Shown piece after piece: positions 46,379 to 49,957 of a stretch of 49,957 nucleotides of DNA (position 1 is the first letter of the stretch; every line of letters starts with the position of its first letter). A program made the position numbers and the translations under genes. The stretch is from contig CBDUXJ010000001.1 in the NCBI GenBank assembly GCA_965371165.1, forward strand, positions 1 to 49,957, given 5' to 3'. The notes below the pieces were generated by a model. It was not told the DNA's origin. It ran no database searches and saw only the letters and a program-made list of their open reading frames with translations. This DNA is from an uncultured Syntrophobacterales bacterium. Its GTDB lineage: Bacteria; Desulfobacterota; BSN033; WVXP01; G020346125.

Positions 46379-46533
46379 TGATGGTCTCGTAAAAAGTCAT
46401 AAATCAGACGGCACACTAAAAAACTCCAGATGCAAGGCGCGTGAATCTTTAGGAATGCGGCGTACTTACCAGTACGCCGCAGTGACTAAAGATGAAGCGC
46501 AACGCCGCAGATGGACTTTTTACGAAGCCGTCA
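46379..46533 (+). repeat. Palindromic repeat element, copy B (archetype, ~155 bp)
   Basis: Outer inverted arms TCGTAAAAAGTC (46387-46398) and GACTTTTTACGA (46514-46525). The central perfect hairpin is TGCGGCGTAC-TTACCA-GTACGCCGCA. Further complementary blocks are CTTTAG/CTAAAG and GCGC/GCGC. The element fills the gap between two convergent genes. Confidence 0.9.
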
Positions 46534-47370
46534 AAGCTTCAAAAGGTTCTTTATGTTTTGCCCCAATATTTTGCGCCTTTCTTCTTTCCCGAGCCCCGAA
46601 TCCTCCATCTCTTCGATATAACGCCTTGGGGGTATGAGTGGATAATCGCTCCCGAAGAGAATTTTGTCAGCTCCCACGATAGTTACCGCCACGGAATAGA
46701 TCTTCCTACGATAGAGAAAGGGGGAGGCCGCTGTATCGTACCAAGTCCTCGCGGCGGTCTTGGCCACCTCGGGCATCAGTTCGTAGAAAAAGAATCCCCC
46801 TCCCCAGTGGGCCAAGATGATCTGAACCTCGGGAAAGGCACAGATGAAATCATATGTAGATTTCAATGTTGTATGGCACTTACCCTGGTATGAGTGCCCG
46901 ACCATTTCGTTGCTGTGGAGCATCAATGGGAGATCCGCTTTTTCCAGGATTTCACAGATGGGTTTCAGCGAGTCGATTTCGTAGTGGGTAAGACCGGAGG
47001 TGTAGGAGGCCAATTCCCCGATTCCCCTCATCCCCAGGCTGATGCATCGCTCGGCCTCCTCGATGGCCTCATCCCTATCGTTGGGCTGAATACAGCCAAA
47101 CCCGATAATTCTCTCGGGAAACCGACGCATACCCTCCAAAATGTAGTCGTTTCCGGCGGCACACAACATGCTATCCAACCAAGGAAATCCACACACCACC
47201 GCCTTGTCGACTCCTCCCTCATCCATTGAGTGGATCAATTCCTCCACCCCTACCATTCTCGCCTTTTCATCCCTGTAGATCTCCCCAAAGGCCATGTCCT
47301 TTTGGGAATACTTTCCGCGATCCCTCCTCACCTCGTCTGGGAAGATATGCGTGTGGCAATCGATGATCAT
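46531..47370 (-). CDS. Metal-dependent amidohydrolase (amidohydrolase_2 / TIM-barrel family)
   Basis: MIIDCHTHIFPDEV ... LHSNE ... ILAHWGG ... ILFGSDYPL. I start at MIIDCH (47370); the 40-codon extension in the track overlaps the upstream gene. Confidence 0.8.
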   Translation of the reverse strand: MIIDCHTHIFPDEVRRDRGKYSQKDMAFGEIYRDEKARMVGVEELIHSMDEGGVDKAVVCGFPWLDSMLCAAGNDYILEGMRRFPERIIGFGCIQPNDRDEAIEEAERCISLGMRGIGELASYTSGLTHYEIDSLKPICEILEKADLPLMLHSNEMVGHSYQGKCHTTLKSTYDFICAFPEVQIILAHWGGGFFFYELMPEVAKTAARTWYDTAASPFLYRRKIYSVAVTIVGADKILFGSDYPLIPPRRYIEEMEDSGLGKEERRKILGQNIKNLLKL

Positions 47371-47383
47371 CGGCCTCTGCCTT

Positions 47384-47966
47384 CTAAAGTTTCCCCTTGG
47401 TATAACCATACCATCCCAACTTCCTCCCCATGCCCCAATATTCATATGCTCCCGCGCAATATGCAACGGGAAGCGCCTTTGCGACATCAATCCGGCCCTT
47501 CTCCTTTAGAACCGTATCATCGATATGGATGGCCACGATCTCCCCGAGGAAGAGGTCGTGGCTCCCCAAGGGGATGATCCTCCTCACCTTAACATTCCAA
47601 ATTGACGTGACACTCCTCGATGAGGGGAGGAGCAACCTCCTGGGCCGGCATGGGAGTGAACTCTGCTTCCGAAAACTTATCCACATCCGTTCCCGAGACA
47701 ACCCCACAGAGGTCGACTTTTCTGATAATCTCCTCTGAGGGAATATTCACAACGAACTCCTGGGAAGCCTTGATCAATCCATGGGAATGGCGACCGGGCC
47801 GGATGGAAATGGAGACCATGGGGGGGTCTGAGTTGACTATCCCTACCCAGGCGAGGGTAATGATGTTCGGTTTCCCTGCCGCATTTACGCAGGTGATTAA
47901 CATGACGGGTATGGGAAACATCGTCGTCGTCGGCTTTAGGTCTACCTTGCTCATATCCACCTCCAT
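47384..47966 (-). pseudogene. Flavin reductase-like (FMN-binding split-barrel) gene interrupted by a 1-nt frameshift
   Basis: The ORF at 47589-47969 ends ...PPLIEECHVNLEC-TAA. The homologous continuation KVRRIIPLGSHDLFLGEIVAIHIDD... runs in the +1 frame from 47590 down to the stop at 47384. Deleting one T in GAATGTTAAGG (47588-47598) restores a single ~190-aa protein. Confidence 0.75.
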
Positions 47967-48574
47967 CAAATAAAAGGGGCGACATCCCCTTTTCCCCTTC
48001 GGATTACCCTGGGGACTTCGTCGGTTAGATCGATAATGCTCGAATGCTCTGCCACGATAATTCCCCCGTCGATGACCAAATCAAGGCTCTTGCCAAAACG
48101 CTCCTCGATTTCTTGGGGATCACTGTAAAGCTCTTCGTCCGGGCGGTATACGCTCGTGCTAATGATGGGATGGTCCAATTCCCTCACAAGGGCGAGACAA
48201 ATGGGATTGTCCGGAACCCGAATCCCAACGGTCTTCTGCTTAGTCATCGCCATCCTCGGAACCAACTTCGTGGCCTCTAGTATGAACGTGTAAGCCCCGG
48301 GCAGGAGTCGCTTCATCGTTTTATAGGCATAATTTGAAACGTGGGCATATCGACTGATATCCTTTAAATTTGAACAAATAAAGCTCAGGGGTTTGTTCCG
48401 ATTGTACTTCTTAAGCCTGTAGATCCTCTCGATGGCTTCCTTATTGAATAAGTCACATCCTATCCCGTAGATGGTATCGGTGGGATAACCGATCACCCCT
48501 CCCTTCTTCAGTACCGCGATGACCCTTTTGATCAACCTGAGTTGAGGGTTTTGTGGATTGATACTGATAATCAT
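47966..48574 (-). CDS. tsaC: L-threonylcarbamoyladenylate synthase (YrdC/TsaC type)
   Basis: GGVIGYPTDTIYGIGCDLFNKEAIERIYRLKKYNRNKPLSFI and GIRVPDNPICLALV are YrdC-domain motifs. GGAGGAATAATCC precedes the ATG. Confidence 0.88.
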   Translation of the reverse strand: MIISINPQNPQLRLIKRVIAVLKKGGVIGYPTDTIYGIGCDLFNKEAIERIYRLKKYNRNKPLSFICSNLKDISRYAHVSNYAYKTMKRLLPGAYTFILEATKLVPRMAMTKQKTVGIRVPDNPICLALVRELDHPIISTSVYRPDEELYSDPQEIEERFGKSLDLVIDGGIIVAEHSSIIDLTDEVPRVIRRGKGDVAPFI

Positions 48575-48622
48575 GGATTATTCCTCCTTCCCGGTTCGTA
48601 TCACCTCCTTCATGATTAAAAC

Positions 48623-48651
48623 ATTATCAAAAAATTTTCCAGTTAAATCAA
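48623..48651 (-). promoter_or_regulatory. Putative sigma70 promoter of the tsaC operon
   Basis: On the minus strand: TTGATT (48651-48646), a 17-nt spacer, then GATAAT (48628-48623). It lies about 50 nt upstream of the tsaC ATG. Confidence 0.4.
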
Positions 48652-48874
48652 GGCACTCTCATGAGGCTTACCTAGCTTTGTAAAACTCCTCTCTCCCTGG
48701 CTAGACTCTTCCGAAAAAGCGCTCCGAAGGACGGGATACTGAGGATAAGGAGAAAGGGATCCAAAAAACTCCGCCACCTCGCGATTTGCCCTACACGTAT
48801 CAGGCCTCAAGAGGAAGAGGTTTCGCGGGGCAAGGGCTCCGCTCGAAATTGCGCCAACGGGGAGACTAGGCAAT

Positions 48875-49471
48875 TCAACGGGAGAAACGCATCAAATGCC
48901 TCTCCAGGAAGTGCGGGAATTCGGGATATCGGTTTTTCGAGAACCCCACGGCCATAGCGGACTCATCGACGATATCATACCTGGGTTTGGCCCGTTCCGC
49001 ACCAAACGAGCGCCGTGGCCTCGAGCTGACCGAAGGGAGGTGTATGTAAAGGGTCCCAATATAGATAATCTTCCCGGGTAAGACGTTGAAATAGATGGAT
49101 AAAGGCTCAATCGTGTTGGCGTGACCACCGGGGAATATATAGACCCATCTCCATAAATTATACTCCCCTGGGGGTAACCTCAGGTAGAAATATCCATCCC
49201 CTCTGAGATAGTGCGAAACTTTCAATGGGGAATGCTTCCCCCTGATGAATAATCGAAAGGAGATTTTGGTTGAAGGGTCTATCCGGGGACTCTCCCAGGA
49301 TTTTTCGACGTCATCCTCCACCACCCCAATCCTGCCAAGAACCACGGAATCATCCCTATGATTTCCATAAAAGTATTCAGTCTCCACATTCCCGATTTCC
49401 CTCACACAGGACGGAAAACAGAAAATCCCTAGGACAAGACAAATCTCTATGAACCTCCAATTCCTTACCAT
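48875..49471 (-). CDS. Hypothetical exported protein / possible lipoprotein (198 aa)
   Basis: Starting at the ATG at 49469-49471 gives a signal-like N-terminus MVRNWRFIEICLVLGIFCFPSC. The 129 upstream codons of the track ORF are compositionally odd (R/G/C/H rich) and run antisense to a better-supported plus-strand gene. Confidence 0.5.
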   Translation of the reverse strand: MVRNWRFIEICLVLGIFCFPSCVREIGNVETEYFYGNHRDDSVVLGRIGVVEDDVEKSWESPRIDPSTKISFRLFIRGKHSPLKVSHYLRGDGYFYLRLPPGEYNLWRWVYIFPGGHANTIEPLSIYFNVLPGKIIYIGTLYIHLPSVSSRPRRSFGAERAKPRYDIVDESAMAVGFSKNRYPEFPHFLERHLMRFSR

Positions 49472-49555
49472 CGAATGAACCAGGAAAATACCATCACTGC
49501 CCTTCCTCCACTTATAGGCAGATTTCGCCTCAAAGTCAAGGTGCTCTTGATCGAT

Positions 49556-49584
49556 TTGACATGGCCAAATCCCCAGGTATAAAT
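49556..49584 (+). promoter_or_regulatory. Putative sigma70 promoter of the small secreted protein gene
   Basis: TTGACA (49556-49561), a 16-nt spacer, then TATAAA (49578-49583; alternatively a 17-nt spacer and ATAAAT). It lies about 40 nt upstream of the ATG at 49622. Confidence 0.45.
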
Positions 49585-49621
49585 AACCAAAAAAGGGACA
49601 TTGATGAGAGGAGGAACCGGA

Positions 49622-49879
49622 ATGATAAAAACGAAAGTAATGGCATCGGCACTGTCCGCGATTATCACCTCGGCCTTTCTGAGGCCGTGCCTTGCCCAAA
49701 GTGAAAAGCCGGCTACCCGGGTAAACCTCAACTTGCCTACGATTCAAAAGGCGGTGATCTGCGAAAAGGTTGAAAATCGAATAAGAGATATAATTCCCCC
49801 ATGGATATCTCTTCTGCCCTCGGGGGGAATACGCATGGCCTCGAAGGCAAAAGGCCATACCAAATGGGGCTCAACATAG
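49622..49879 (+). CDS. Hypothetical small secreted protein (85 aa)
   Basis: GGAGG (49610-49614) lies 7 nt before the ATG. The signal peptide is MIKTKVMASALSAIITSAFLRPCLAQS. No family was recognised. Confidence 0.45.
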   Translation: MIKTKVMASALSAIITSAFLRPCLAQSEKPATRVNLNLPTIQKAVICEKVENRIRDIIPPWISLLPSGGIRMASKAKGHTKWGST

Positions 49880-49903
49880 AAGGAAATGAAAGAGACCCAA
49901 GTG

Positions 49904-49957
49904 TGATGGTCTCGTAAAAAGTCATAAATCAGACGGCACAGTAAAAAGCTCCAGATG
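49904..49957 (+). repeat. Palindromic repeat element, copy C (left end only, cut by window edge)
   Basis: TGATGGTCTCGTAAAAAGTCATAAATCAGACGGCACAGTAAAAAGCTCCAGATG matches copy B positions 46379-46432 with two mismatches. Confidence 0.85.

Noticed and set aside
46379-46533. Whether the palindromic repeats are integron attC sites, given that they are imperfect palindromes located just 3' of ORFs.
   Set aside because: The termini lack the RYYYAAC / GTTRRRY core sites. No integron integrase is present in the window. The flanking genes are ordinary operon members rather than promoterless cassettes.
46455-46893. ORFs 46455-46637 and 46492-46893, plus 36431-36646, which share the peptide RNAADGLFTKPS and so look like a conserved small protein family.
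   Set aside because: The shared peptide is encoded by the right arm of the palindromic repeat, so the conservation is at the DNA-repeat level. Outside the repeat, these ORFs run antisense to the amidohydrolase gene or through non-coding spacer.
47586-47598. Programmed +1 ribosomal frameshifting (prfB-like) at the flavin reductase TGT-TAA-G site.
   Set aside because: A P-site tRNA-Cys on UGU cannot re-pair in the +1 frame (GUU). There is also no upstream SD-like stimulator; the purine tract is downstream. A mutational frameshift or a sequence error is the simpler explanation.
48652-48874. The ~220-nt region between the 198-aa hypothetical gene and the predicted tsaC promoter, considered as a possible ncRNA (6S-like) or as the 76-aa ORF 48643-48873.
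   Set aside because: I could not identify any conserved RNA-family motif, a convincing long-range helix or a terminator. The ORF has a TTG start, no SD, a P/S/L/R-rich composition, and it overlaps the predicted promoter. The region remains unexplained rather than annotated.
49472-49858. The N-terminal 129 codons of the 327-aa ORF 48875-49858.
   Set aside because: The composition is odd (R/G/C/H/Y rich) with no motifs. The stretch is antisense to a plus-strand ORF that has promoter, SD and signal-peptide support. An internal ATG at 49471 yields a sensible signal sequence.

Overview
This 49,957-bp chromosomal window comes from a diderm, LPS-producing bacterium, probably an anaerobe (my inference from the B12-radical SAM, dodecin and PK_C-like genes). 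G+C looks like about 50% by eye. Nearly all genes are on the minus strand and tightly packed. I saw no rRNA, tRNA or CRISPR array.

Gene content from left to right:
- LPS inner-core and envelope genes: a WaaF-like GT9 coupled to a B12-radical SAM, then murJ.
- A housekeeping block: rpsT, holA-lptE-leuS, argG-argF-argD-argB, hslU-hslV, xerC.
- An IclR regulator and a dodecin.
- A long run of minus-strand glycan genes, about 18.5-36.3 kb, whose junctions are mostly tight or overlapping (one 275-nt gap at 20828-21102). It runs from a WaaC-like GT9 to a heptose-7-P kinase.
- A RAYT-type HUH transposase.
- A Tol/Exb-like cluster headed by a 1017-aa TPR protein.
- pcm, rarA and a hotdog thioesterase.
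- A tsaC / flavin-reductase / amidohydrolase operon in which the flavin reductase is frameshifted.
- A divergent pair of small secreted proteins.

The glycan block is the most unusual part. It encodes seven further GTs, a radical SAM/SPASM enzyme sitting in a low-GC patch, an LbH acyltransferase, four SAM methyltransferases, a kinase with two complete Kdo/WaaP-type domains, a startless paralogous kinase remnant and a DegT aminotransferase. It encodes no flippase, polymerase or ligase.

The second notable signal is a family of ~155-bp imperfect palindromic (REPIN/MITE-like) repeats.
- Three same-orientation copies lie at 36.3, 46.4 and 49.9 kb.
- One copy is next to the RAYT gene.
- One copy abuts the first start codon of the glycan block.
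- One copy supplies a stop codon for a neighbouring gene.

All functional calls rest on motif recognition by eye. No database search was possible.
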